Shown here: in pieces, positions 12,114 to 24,732 of the stretch
Layout of the letters: each line of letters begins with the position of its first letter
Numbering within the stretch: the stretch's first letter is position 1
DNA from: Octopus bimaculoides
Lineage: Eukaryota
NCBI RefSeq assembly: GCF_001194135.2
Contig: NC_068990.1
Span: 67,308,207-67,372,206 of the forward strand
Length of the DNA: 64,000 bases
Direction: 5' to 3'
Program-made: the position numbers and the translations under genes
The notes under the pieces: generated by a model
Told to the model about the DNA's origin: nothing
The model's input: only the letters and a program-made list of their open reading frames with translations
The model's database searches: none

Positions 12114-12968
12114 TGCTGGTCTTGTGTCAAAAGGTGAGGTCAATATTTCTCCATGACTAGACGTGATTTTCATAGAAAATTGGAGGTAAATAGCATTGCT
12201 TGTGTGATGGTGATGCTCATTTACAAATATCACATAGTGTCAAGACAAATGTACATACACCCTTCCCACACACACACACACATGATGGGTTTCTTCCAGT
12301 TTCTATCAACCAAATCCACTTACAAAACTTTGTTGAACCTAGAAGATACTTGCTCAAGATGCTTACTGCAAAGCAGACTGAATTGAACCCAAGATCTAAT
12401 GGTTGGCAAGCCAAGCTTCTCAATCACACAGCTATGCCTGTGCTTCACAAACCACACCTAGACTTATATGTAAATATATAAACTGGAATCTGTATCTAGA
12501 CATCTCAAGCAATTTGCAAAGAAACGCTGGTGCTTTGATTTCAATGTGTTAGGTGGATAACAAATACATTTTCATTGATTACAACACAAATCTAACACAT
12601 GCAACAACCTCAGGGAACCTAGAACATATTGTACATATTAGTTAGACACTCAAATACACAACAAAATAATATGCAGTAGATTTGAGCTTAAGACCTATAA
12701 GTCAATAAATACTGCTTATGGATAATTTGTTACCTTATAAGAAACCTAGTAATGCAAAACGAGCAGCCTTGTCACACATTGTGTCATATTGATTCTACAT
12801 GTGTGTGTAGTTAAGAAGCTTACTTTGCAACCATTTCGTTTTGAGTTCAGTCCCACTGTGTGACACTTTAGTCAAGTGTTTTCTCATATAAACCCAGGCC
12901 ATCCAATGTTTTTTTAGTAAATTTGGGAGACAAAAACTTTGTGGGAGCCATTTTGTGTATGTGTGTGC

Positions 12969-13090
<122 letters not shown>

Positions 13091-14229
13091 GGCACTGGGA
13101 AGAGCCTCCAGCTGTAGAAACCATGCCGAATCAGATTGGAACTTCGTGCAGCTCCCCTCTTTACCAGGTTTCAGTCAAACCATCCAACTTATGCCAGCAT
13201 GGAAAATGAATGCTGAATGATGATGATGATGATTATGATGATGTCTATCCATGATAACATCCATGTGTGTTTATCCATGATGATGTCTATCCATGTGTGT
13301 CCATGTTTCCTTTACCCCATTCCTGTCACCGCTTGACAGATGGTGTTAGATTGTTTACTTGGTAGTTTCTGCAAATGAGACTGGTAAAATAAGTACCAGT
13401 CTTTATAAAACAAAATAAGCATAAATACTGGGATCACTTTGTTTGACTAAAACCCTTCAATGAGGCAGTGTCCTGTCATGGCCACAGTCCAATGACCAAA
13501 GCAAATGAAAGATAAAAGGCTGTGTTGGAAAGGTTGAAGGAGAAAAAGTGCTGGCTTCACTGTTTTTAATTCAGAGTGGTTTGTGTGCGACTTTGAATTT
13601 CATTATTGCAGCTTGTCTATCAGATTTCCACACTATTTGGATAATAAACAGCAAATTAATGTTGTTGTTTCTTTAGAGAAAGTGTTTAGGTTACATGTGG
13701 CTTTGTCAAAATTACTAGATTTCATCCAATCAGATTCACAGTAATTTTAATGTATTAAAGCAACAATGACTGCATTATCTTTTAATTTTAGTCTGGGGAA
13801 CATATTTTCATTGTGTTAGTTTTAATATATATAGAATTACTGTTTACTCTATCAAACTTTATTGGAATTAAGTGAATATGTAAGAAAAAAAAAGGTCTAA
13901 TGAATATATTTAAATAGTTTCAGTAAATGAAAATAAAATCAACTGTATTTCTAAGTGAAATATAAAAATAATAAGTAGATAAATAAATAAAAACTGCTCA
14001 TTGAAGTAGAGTCAACAAAATATTATAGATCAGATAAATGAACATGGAAAACATAATTTGCAGCACTAAATTTTATGACTGTCAAGTGAATACTAAGTAA
14101 AGTCTATTTGACAAATATATTACTTCAGTTAAGTAATCATGAGTCAACATATTCTAATACTTAATGTTATCTATCATAAATTAGCTAATTTTACTAAATT
14201 ACTGTAAACAATGAAGAAAACTACTGTCA

Positions 14230-14810
14230 AGTAAACTCTTCACAGCTTATACACCAGAATTATCTGTGCTGTACTAAATATCTCATGGTGTCAACACATG
14301 ACTGATAAAAGACTTACACCAAGACAGTCCATATATCAGAGAGACTGTATGAAAAAGTGCTGGCTGAGATTTATTGGTTACTACTGGCAGAGTGGAAGTT
14401 CTTCTGTGGCAACCATCTCATAGTAAACAGAGGTCCTCAATCAGGGTCCATATTGCCCTTGGGAGTCCACATAAGATTTTGTTGTTAAAGTTTATGTGCA
14501 ACAAATTGGTTATACTTCCTCAATACATCAAATATTTTCACAGTTTTTTTCTCATAATTCCTACTATTTAATTATAAAAATATAGTAGGATTTTTTTTAA
14601 ATATCAAATGTCTATGAGGGTTCAACCAAGTAAAATAGGAATCAAAGGAGCCCATAAGGTAAAAAATGGTTGAGAACCACTGAAGTAGACCAACAGAAAT
14701 CTACATTGATCAATTGCTAGAAGATACTGGATCCACTTGTCCAAGAACTTAAAAATGGTGTGAATAATAAGGAGGAATGGAAGATGTGTATCAAGAATGT
14801 TGCAAAATTC
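14230..14810 (+). mobile_element. RTE-clade LINE C-terminal fragment, decayed and interrupted by a MITE
   Basis: KLFTAYTRIICAVLNISWCQHMTDK..LRFIGYYWQS..EVLLWQPSHSK [MITE] RPTEIYIDQLLEDTG..ELKNGVNNKEEWK matches the post-RT RTE pattern (MLRAVLNISW..H.TN.ELY..RLRF.GH..GRP..TYIDQL..DTG). Confidence 0.7.
14428..14682. mobile_element. hAT-type MITE (about 255 bp)
   Basis: Termini CAGAGGTCCTCAATC ... GGTTGAGAACCACTG (rc CAGTGGTTCTCAACC), a typical hAT TIR. Degenerate 8-bp TSD candidate TAGTAAAC / AAGTAGAC. Confidence 0.8.
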
Positions 14811-15084
14811 TCAAACCACTAATTATCTAACTAATGTAAATTGATGCAAATATTTCAAATAATGTTTCGTTTTCTTTCCTGAGAGGAATTTAACCAAATT
14901 ATAATAATAAACATCACATGTATATGGTAGCTAAATCAGTGTTTGGTTCATTGATTCCTGCATCAGCCAAAATATCTCCAGAAACATAATCATACTAAGA
15001 ACTTACACAAGAGAAGTAAAGACTATAGAATACAGTCATACATCAAACGAGTAATGGTGGTGATGGATCCTCCTTTTTTGACAC

Positions 15085-15290
15085 GGGGCGGAATCAGCTG
15101 TTTGATCAACTGAATTACCTGCTGTTGAATTAACATGTAAGTGGCTGAGTGTTCCACAGGCATATGAACTTTAATATAATTCATAGGTAGAATCAGCATG
15201 ACACAATGTCTAACAAGACTGTATCTTTCGCATTGTGAGTATAATCCACCCGACAGATTTCTGTACAGTTTGTATCCATCTAACTTCACT
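15085..15290 (-). mobile_element. Decayed 3' half of a family D-like SINE
   Basis: Minus strand CATTGTGTCATGCTGATTCTACC..GTGGAACACTCAGCCACTTACATGTTAATT..GCAGG..GTTGATC aligns to the 3' half of 49309-49693. Confidence 0.65.
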
Positions 15291-15397
15291 TAAAAGGTCT
15301 GGTGGTGATACAAAATGATATTTACCAACGTGTCACTTAATGGGATCAAACCAAAGACCTCATGGCCAAACTGCACCTATGAAAAATAAACATAGGT

Positions 15398-15770
15398 GTA
15401 GGCATGTCAGTGTGATTAGAAGCTTGCTTCTCAACCACATGGTTCTGGGATCAGTCCCACTGTGTGGCACCTTGGGAAAGTATCTTCTATATGGCCTCAG
15501 GCTGACAAAAGACTTGTGAGTGGATTTGGTAGACGAAAACTGAAAGGAGCTCATTGTATATGTATGTGCATATGTGTGTGTGTGTGTGTGTTTTATGTCT
15601 GTGCTTGTCCCTCTCCACTGCTTGATAACCAGTGTTGGTGTGTTTGTGTTCCCATAACACAGCAGATCAGCAAAAGAGAATGATAGAATAAGTACTCAGA
15701 TTAATTCATTTAAATTAAAATCTTTCAAGGAGTGCCCCAGCATGGCTGCAGTCTAATGACAAAAACAAGC
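15398..15770 (+). mobile_element. SINE family C
   Basis: Same head/CORE-like/tail modules as 6460-6857. Further copies at 5460-5770(-), 12270-12445(-), 12790-12960(+), 20255-20520(-), 28860-29030(+), 29740-29890(-), 46060-46480(+), 48697-49060(+), 51683-52080(+), 56785-57150(-), 57668-57985(+). Confidence 0.85.
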
Positions 15771-18424
15771 ATAATGTAAAAAATATAATACATATTTAAA
15801 TCAAAAGTGACTGCAAAAATCTAATAAATGTAATGTTTGGAGATATTTAATGAATAAAAACAACATGAAAATTATTTAAAATATTGCAAGAAATGTAATA
15901 ATTCTTTAACTATTGTTATATTTGGAATGAGCTATATTTAATAAAGCTCATAGGGATATTCACCAGTTATTGTTTGTCTATATATTACTCCCTTTTTTCA
16001 AAAGCAGTTGATGTTTATATTCCTGCCTAGAATATTTTACACAGTATCAGTGTAGGGAAAAATATTTTGCTGGGGACTGAAACGTTAAGTGTTTCTTATA
16101 AAAAAGGAAGTGAAATATAAACAAACAACAAATGATAAGTGTGTGACTAACTTTTGTGGCCATGAATGATGGCTTGGTATGCATAACTGATGAAGTGCAA
16201 TGATGCAGAAATGTATGCATTCTATGATCCAGTGACATCATTCATGGCCTAGTGGCATGTTTATACTCATATTGTCTATAAGGAAACCTTCTTCTCTGGA
16301 GACAACTTGCCCAGTATATTCTCTTTCTATATTCAAATGTTGTCCAAATGTACACAGACATGTTAAATATGACTGAGAGTAACTATATAACAACATTGTT
16401 TTCAACACAACTTCAGATCAAAATTCTTGCCAAACAAATTTAAAATAGACAGTTTTAAAGTAGATAAACAGACTCAGACTTTATTTATTAAAGCTCATGT
16501 CTACCAATATTTTGTATTCTATAATCGCAAAAGCAGAGAACATATATAAACAGAACAGGAACAAAAGTGGTCACAACAATAACACCATTAGCTGTAATTA
16601 TCACAACACGGATAATTGTGAGAAGAATAAAGATAATGATAATGTTTAATCTATTCAATAATGCTTCTTCAAATGCAGCAAATGTTCAATATATCTTAAT
16701 GATAACCTTAATGTCTTTACTACTGACACTTCCGCATTTTTGTTGGAACTAACCACCTTCCACTTTCATACCAAGGTAAAAACAAACAAACAAACAAAGG
16801 AAAAAGAAAATTTCTAAAAAATAATGAGTTAAAAATTAAAAAACTAAATAATTAAAGATTTGAGTGAAAAAAAAAAAAAGCACAAGATATATATGTGTAT
16901 ATTTGAATGAACTTTTAAGTGAGAAATAATTAACAAATTTGTTCTGGTATTTTGTTTTGTTGTTTTTTTTTGTAAACTTTCCATTGTTGCTTGTTTTTTT
17001 TAAAATTTTTATTGTTAGTATTTTCTTTTTTGGTTTTACAGTAATTATTTATCTAATTCTACTTTTTCACTCATTATCAGAATTAAAATTCCTGCAGGAG
17101 ATTGTTGTTGTTGTTATTTCAACATCATTTCTTTCTTTCCTGCACAAATCTAATTTTTTTTTTTTTGAGAAAACGTTCTTTGAAGTAGTAATTTCCTTGA
17201 TATGCTATAAAGAATATATGTACATGCAAACACACACATATATTCATACACACACACACACAAACACACATACATACACGTGTGTGCGTGTGTAAAGCAT
17301 GATCAGAATGTTGCTTTGCAACTGCAAGCCCACAAGGTTCTGGGTTTGATTCCCACTGTATAGTATCTTGGTCATATATCATATTTCTATAACCTTGTGT
17401 AGATGAAAACTCTACAGAAACTTATCAAATGGACTATACCTGTAACCCCAGAAGTACAGCTTTTGTCATACTGGTTCTGATAAAGAATTATGTGTGGAGT
17501 ATATATGTCTGTGGCATATTCAGCCACTTCTTTATGCTAATTCAATGAATAGGTAGATCAGCTGACCATATAACTGAATCCCCTTCATCAAATTTGATGA
17601 ATAATAGTCCATAAATATGTGTGTGTGCCCATGAAGGTGTGTGTGTGTGTGTGTGAATGTGAGTGAGTGAGTGAGTGTGCATATGATCATCATTTAAATA
17701 TCCACTTTTCCTTGCATGCATGGGCCATATGAGATTCATATATAAGGATTTTCCTGCTGTTAGATGCCTTTCCTGTGACAAACCCTCACCTGTTTTCAAG
17801 TAAGATAAAAGTTTTCCCAAATCTTCCGACACAGACAAAATGGTGGCAAGACATGTTTTCACAGATCGTAAATCAACAACACTGTATGGTAGTGATATTT
17901 GTTTACAACTAGCACACGAAGTTGACTCAAGGACATACATACACAGACACACACACTTTCTATGTACCACAAAACTTAATTCTTCACTTATTAAAGTCAA
18001 CAGTTGTGGTTGCATTTTGAACCTGTTTTCACTGAACAGTGAGACAAGTAATATTTTATCATCCTGTTGAGTAAAATAATCTGTATCATCCGTACATCGC
18101 CCTATCTATGAACAACTACCAACAACTCTTGCTGTCTTAATTGTCCTGTTTTTCTACTTAATTATATTCATACCATTTCCGTATAACTATTTTATGGTCT
18201 GATGTCATTAACAACCACCTGTCTGTCTTTTATTTTATTGTATTTTCATTGGTTCAACTAATACATTGCCTGTAGCCATCATTTGTTTTTCTCTCTTCTC
18301 CCTTTCTTTTGATGCTGCATTTTAGTTACCTGGTCTATTCTGAGCTCTAATTATATGAATGTGTTATACAACCCTTTTTATGATATATTTTAAACCCTTA
18401 TACATCATTATCATCATCAACAAT

Positions 18425-18870
18425 ATCATCATCGTTTAACATCTATTTTCCATGCTGGCATGGGTTGGACGGTTTGACTGAGGTGACTGCACCAGGCTCT
18501 AGTCTGATCTAGCAATGATTCTACAGCTGGATGCCCTTCCTAACGCCACCCACTCTGAGAGTGTTGTGGGAGCTTTTTATGTGCCACTGGCATGGGTGCC
18601 AGTCAGAAGGTTCTGGTATCGATCACATTCAGATGGTGCTTTTTAATTTCCACTGGCATGGGAGCCAGTCATGGGGCACTGGCCACGACTATGATATTGT
18701 TTTACTTGACTCAACAGGTCTTCTCAATCATATCATATCACCTCATGTATCAAGGGTATCTTAACTGGGCTGGACATGCATGGCTGCGATCTCACTTTAG
18801 TTGCTGGGTCTTCTCAATCACAGCATATCTCCAAAGATTTCGGTCTCCTGTCATTGCCTCTCCATGTGTG
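18425..18870 (-). mobile_element. Family A, long copy
   Basis: CATCATCGTTTAACATCTATTTTCCATGCTGGCATGGGTTGGACGG...CTACAGCTGGATGCCCTTCCTAACGCC with repeated TGCCACTGGCATGG motifs. Confidence 0.8.
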
Positions 18871-18880
18871 TACATATATA

Positions 18881-18914
<34 letters not shown>

Positions 18915-19319
18915 NNNNNNNNNNNNNNNNNNNNNNNNNNNNNNNNNNNNNNNNNNNNNNNNNNNNNNNNNNNNNNNNNNNNNNNNNNNNNNNNNNNNNN
19001 NNNNNNNNNNNNNNNNNNNNNNNNNNNNNNNNNNNNNNNNNNNNNNNNNNNNNNNNNNNNNNNNNNNNNNNNNNNNNNNNNNNNNNNNNNNNNNNNNNNN
19101 NNNNNNNNNNNNNNNNNNNNNNNNNNNNNNNNNNNNNNNNNNNNNNNNNNNNNNNNNNNNNNNNNNNNNNNNNNNNNNNNNNNNNNNNNNNNNNNNNNNN
19201 NNNNNNNNNNNNNNNNNNNNNNNNNNNNNNNNNNNNNNNNNNNNNNNNNNNNNNNNNNNNNNNNNNNNNNNNNNNNNNNNNNNNNNNNNNNNNNNNNNNN
19301 NNNNNNNNNNNNNNNNNNN

Positions 19320-20012
19320 CTGCAACTCCTCTGGATGATCTCCTTGTTTAAGTTGATGAATGCTGCCATAATCCTTGCCTTGAGTTCATCCTCGGTGTTA
19401 CAAGGAGTTTTGTTGGTCCCTTGCTAAACTGCACCCCACACATAATAATTAAGGGGGTTGCAGTCTGAGGGAGTTAGGTGGTCAGAATTTAGGGGTGATA
19501 TGGTTGCAGAAATTATCTGACAGCCATGGCTGGGTTCGCCTGCTTATGTGGCATGGTGCAGAATCCTGTTGCCAGACATAGGTTCTTCCAGCAGCCATCC
19601 TCTTGACCTCCTCCAGCACTACCTCCTCCTGGCACTTGATGTAGGCCTCTGTGTTGAGTCTGAGTCCGTGTGGGAAGATGAATGGAAGCATAGCAGTGCC
19701 ATCACTAGTGATCACTCCAAGCACCATGATGTTGACTGGGTGTTTGATTTTTATTACTCTCGGTACATGTCCTCAGATTGACACCCAAACACACTGAAAT
19801 GATCATATTGGAGTTTGCAGCATGAATGCCAAGCTGTACAGCATGTCGTTACCAAATTTCTAGCAAAGTGAATTACGTCATAGTGCTGTTTGTCTCACAG
19901 ACAGTGCTCACCTGACTCTACTATACTTTGTAGTCGACAAAATCAAAAGCAAACAATATGCATACATGAAATAATAAATATAAAATGACGACAATTTACC
20001 CTTCACACCCTG
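19320..20012 (-). mobile_element. Internally deleted maT (DD37D) element with intact 5' TIR
   Basis: Minus strand begins TA|CAGGGTGTGAAGGGTAAATTGTCGTC (TA at 20013-20014). ORF 19482-19727 MVLGVITSDG..GRTYVWQQDSAPCH..ITPKF*PPNS(fs)DCNPL gives 37 residues between the QQD aspartate and the third catalytic position. The N-terminal HTH region is missing and the 3' end is in the gap. Confidence 0.9.
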
Positions 20013-20022
20013 TATATATATT

Positions 20023-20105
20023 AGGATAATATAACACAAGGATAGAGGATAACATAAATCTAATATTAAAGCCTGTTATCCTCCATCCTTGTGTTATATT
20101 ATTCT
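20023..20105. repeat. Hairpin: 32-bp arms (2 mismatches), 19-nt loop
   Basis: AGGATAATATAACACAAGGATAGAGGATAACA ... TGTTATCCTCCATCCTTGTGTTATATTATTCT. Confidence 0.95.
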
Positions 20106-20493
20106 TGTATTGATCTTAAATGAAGAGGAGTTCCACGTGTATCCAGCTCTGGAATATACCCTACTATAAGGATAACATGTGGTAGCTAAATAACAATGTG
20201 AGGGCTCTTAAATGCACATTACAAGTTTTCTATCTGAGTTATACTGAATATATTCTTTCTTTTATTCTCTTATTTTAGTCATTTGACTGTGGCCATGCTG
20301 GGGTATTCGCCTTGAAGGGTTTTCAGTTGAGCAAATTGATCCCAGGACTTTATATTTTTCTAAGTCTAGTACTTATTCTATCAGTTAATTTTTGCCAAAC
20401 TACTAAGTTACGGGGATGTAAACACACCAACACCAGTTGTCAAGCTGTGAGGCAGGGACAAACACAGACACAAAGACACGCACACACACACAC

Positions 20494-20537
<44 letters not shown>

Positions 20538-21820
20538 CAACCATGCTAGGCCCCACCACTCAATCCCTCCTGCTGCAGTCTCTCTTTAAGATTGGAAAGT
20601 AAAACAATTTCTCTAGTGTTAGTACCACAAAAATTGCCCCTAGTACACACAGTGAAATTGTTGGCAAATGAGGAGAAAAAGTGTAGGGTCATGAGCTCCC
20701 TTTAGCCTCATCTCATGGAGGACATATTAACTCTCTAACATTTGTGCCACATGAAAATGCACTCACTACACCTCGTAAAGTGGTTGGTGACAGAAAAGGC
20801 AGTAGCTGTAAAAAGCAGTCCAAAGTAACGGGTACAAGCACCGGTCGATGGGAGTAGCATGTCCCCAAAAGAAATGATTTGAAAAATGAGGATCCATTCA
20901 ACACATTCCTCTTGTAAAGCAGATGTGAAAAGATGACAATGATGATATATATTAGTGGGTGTATATGGAGGATCATCATCCTCATCATTTAATGCTTGTT
21001 TTCCATGCTGGCATGGGTTGAACTGTTTGACAGTAGCTGGCTAGCTAGAAGACTGCATCAGGCCTCACTGTCTGTTTTGGCATGCTTTTTTTTACAATTG
21101 GATGTCCTTCCTAACACCAACCACTTTTCAGAGTGAACTGAGTGCTTGTTACATAGTACCAGCACCAGCAAGGTCTAATTTAGCATGATTTTTTTTATGG
21201 TGGGATGCCCTTTCTAATGTCAACCACTCCACAAAGTGGCCTGTGTGCTTTTTATGTGGCACCAGCTCTAATGAGGTCTGCTTTGGCATGGTTTTTTTTT
21301 ACAGCTGGATGCTCTTCCAAATGCCAACCACTTTACAATGTAGATTATGTATGTAGATATAATGTATATCCTGATTAATAAATACACGCTAATTTTTAAC
21401 TCTTTCGAATTGTAGTTGTTTAACCATTTTCCTGTCTTGTGTATCACATGCAATACACAGGACACAATTCCTTGGCATTCATGCATCATATATGATACAC
21501 ATTTCCAGTTTTCTCAATGAGCACAATGAGTTGGGACTTCCGAAAAAAGAGTTTTAAATTATTCAGAATCTGTGAAACAAGAACTAACTAAAAGTCTGTA
21601 AACAAGCACAGACATTTAGAGCAAACTTATGGAAATGCTTTGTACAGGCAAAGAGTTAAACACTGCATGTTATCCAATTTATTGCAGCCATCTCAAGCCA
21701 AATGAAGAACCAAAGATATTATTCCAGTATATACACTCCTAACAGTGAGGGATAATGATTTAAATTTTGCTGGCAGTACCATGAATAAATGGTAGAAAGT
21801 ATAATTCTTATTTATATTAG

Positions 21821-21880
21821 TGTCTGGAAGAATAATGACCATGCTGATAACTTGTTGCTCAAGGCATTAGTGGATGGGAG
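21821..21880 (+). CDS. Candidate 60-nt internal coding exon of an unidentified gene (xVWKNNDHADNLLLKALVDGx)
   Basis: Acceptor ttcttatttatattAG, donor AG|GTAAGA, frame-preserving length, one open frame, lies in non-repeat sequence. No homology recognised. Confidence 0.3.
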
Positions 21881-22705
21881 GTAAGAATACAATAGACTTT
21901 GTGATATTCGAATAAATTGAATTGGACTGAATTGAATGGAAATAAAAAGTAAAAGCCTGGAGGGGATTTGCTACAAAATGGGACAGTAATTCATACAGGA
22001 TGTTATTGTTGCTTGAGGACCAACAGTTTACCAACCTAGATGTGTGTGTGTGTGTGACTGTATGTCAGTGTTCATATATTTATTTAATAAAATCTGGAAT
22101 CTGAGGAACTCAGGCTTGTGTACATTGGCTACACTTAGTCCAGAGTAGAATTCATAGATATTATAAATATAGGAGTGTGTATATTGCCATCATCATCACC
22201 ATCATTGTTTTAATGGCTTTTCTTTTATGCTTGCATAAATCAGAGAGAAATTGCAGAGGCTGGCTTACTACAATCAGATGCCCTTCCTGTCACCAACTTT
22301 CACCTGTTTCCATGCAATGTAATATCTCCCTAAGGTCAGGCATGTTTTTGTGGAAGACTGCAAGTGAAGGTAACTGCTTGTGTGACGGTGATGCTTTCTT
22401 ATAACCATCACACAATGTCAAAACAAGGAGATATAAACACATACATAACTACATGCATACATACATACATACATACATACATGCATGCATGCATGCAAGC
22501 ATGCATACATACATGCATACATGTGTGCATACATACATACATACATACATACATACATGCACACCTACATGTATGTATGTATGACTGGTTTCTTTCTGTT
22601 TCCATGTAGCAAATCTATTCACATGCTCAGGGTGCCACAAAGAAATCATGTAACCAGAAAATGAACTTCTCACATACAGTCATACCATATGTACACACAC
22701 ATACA

Positions 22706-23623
22706 TATGAAAGTGTGTTGACAAAGTAGCCAACTTTATTTTTTCCACACAAACTAATGCTATGTGACCAAATCCTTTGGATGGGAAGTGATACCACCCT
22801 TCTTGCACAAGTGTGAAAACTTTCAAACCAGTACATCATGCCAGTCCCCATCTGTTATGCCTTGAATACAAACATGTAGTGCACACTTATCAGATTTTCG
22901 TTTTCATGCAAGATGACCAAATGCTTTGAGCAGAGAAGAGATATTGCATCAAGTTTTACCAAAAGCTTGATGATATTCAAACACAAACCATCCAGAAGAT
23001 TCAGCAAGCCTTTGACGATGATGTCATGAACAAAAACTTAAATCAGTGAGTGGTACAACTGCTTCAATCATAGCTGCACCTCAGTGGAGAGCAAGGTATG
23101 CTCAGGCAGGCCATCCACAAGCTGAAACAAGGAGCTGATTAAGAAAGTTCACCAAGTAATCATGGAAAACCATCATGTAACAAGACAGGAAATCACTTAC
23201 TGAGTATGAATAAGCACAGGATCAGTGCATTCCATTTTAACAGTAGATTTGTGCATGCAGAGAGAGTTGGCAAAACTTTCCCCCATGCTGCTGGTGAAGC
23301 AGCAGAAGCAACTCTGCATGGAAATCACTTAGGACATGCTGGACTGTGCCACCATGACCCAGATTTCGTGAAGAACATCATCACTGGTTATGAGACATGG
23401 GTTTATGGTCTCTGCTTGATGCTTTTGATCAAATGAAAATTTGATGAGCACACACTACACGTCTGTACTCTAGCTCTAACAGCCAAAGACTGACCTGGTC
23501 AACTGGTGCAAAAATTTTCATGCACGCACAAGTCGGGTGGTGTCACCTTCCACCCAAAGGATTTTGCCCATGCAGTTGGTGGGAAAATATAAAGCTAGAT
23601 ACTTTTTGAATGCACTTCTTATA
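22706..23623 (+). mobile_element. Mariner fold-back derivative: 5' end plus transposase N-half, closed by an inverted second 5' end
   Basis: TA flanks. Decayed ORF MTKCFEQR..CIKFYQKL..EWYNCF..SGRPSTS..DPDFVKNIITGYETWVYG stops at the first catalytic motif. 23409-23623 is the diverged reverse complement of 22706-22936 (TIR, UTR, up to the EQR codons). Confidence 0.85.
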
Positions 23624-24732
23624 TTATCCACACAAACACACACACGCACACACATATATACATATGCATACACAAACACAAACGCGCACACACATATATA
23701 CATATGCATACACAAACACACACACACACATATATTGCTTCTAGCATAGGCACATAGCCACAAATGTCTATGTACATCAGTAAATCTCTGCTCTTTGTAT
23801 GTGTGGGTGCATAATGGTTGAATAGTTAAAATATTGTGTTGGACAATTAATTACAAGAGCATGAGTTTAATCTATGTCATGCTCGTTTGCTTAAGATTTT
23901 TCACTCATGTGTAATCACAGTTAATTGTAGAATTATCATGAAATAATTTCTATATAACTGTCAGATCACTTCAAGTGAGTTCTTGTAAAATGGTGCACTT
24001 AAACACCAAAATTTTTCTCAGAAAAGCAATAAATACCAGGACTTTGACTGCTTATACTGAATTCTGGTTATATTAGCAATAAATCCCTTTGTAACAAATC
24101 CAACTATTCAACCATGAAGTGCTTATTTTTCATCATACATCACTGAACTCAGAATAATTCTTCATTATGTGGAGGATTGCTTTACAAATTAGTGTTGAGC
24201 ATTGGTAAAAGTGACTGTTGCTTTTACTGCTACCATCGTCTTAGTAGTCATCATCATTGTCCTCCTACTCCTCCACATCATCACTATCAATGTTACTCTC
24301 TTTGTAATTACCATTATCATTACTGTCATCATCATCATCATCAGCAGCAGCATCCTCATCATTATCATCATCAATGAAAACAAAAACAGCAAAACCACTA
24401 TTGCCATCATCATAATCATTATGATCATTATCATCACCATCAACACCCTCCCATCATCACCACTACCACCATTATCACCATTACGATCAACCCCCACCAC
24501 CACCAACTGCAACAACAGCATAACCACTATCATCATGATCATAAAGATCATCATTATGATCACTCGCACTCCCATCATCACTTATATCAGGAATTCAAAT
24601 CAAGAAGTAAACAGATTAGTTTTGTCTCTGCCTCCACTATAAACATAAGAGTTGTTAAAATATAATCTTGTGGTTTGCATGAAACATTCATTACACGTAT
24701 GAGGTAAACAATGGGAGAAAGAATAATAATAA

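Noticed and set aside
16187-16225. Functional hammerhead at CTGATGA..GAAA
   Set aside because: Stem I and III pairing cannot be completed around a valid NUH site; kept only as a hairpin observation.
16567-16752. ORF ending in a GPI-signal-like hydrophobic tail (NNASSNAANVQYILMITLMSLLLTLPHFCWN)
   Set aside because: No convincing splice acceptor or start; AAT-rich DNA generates such peptides by chance.
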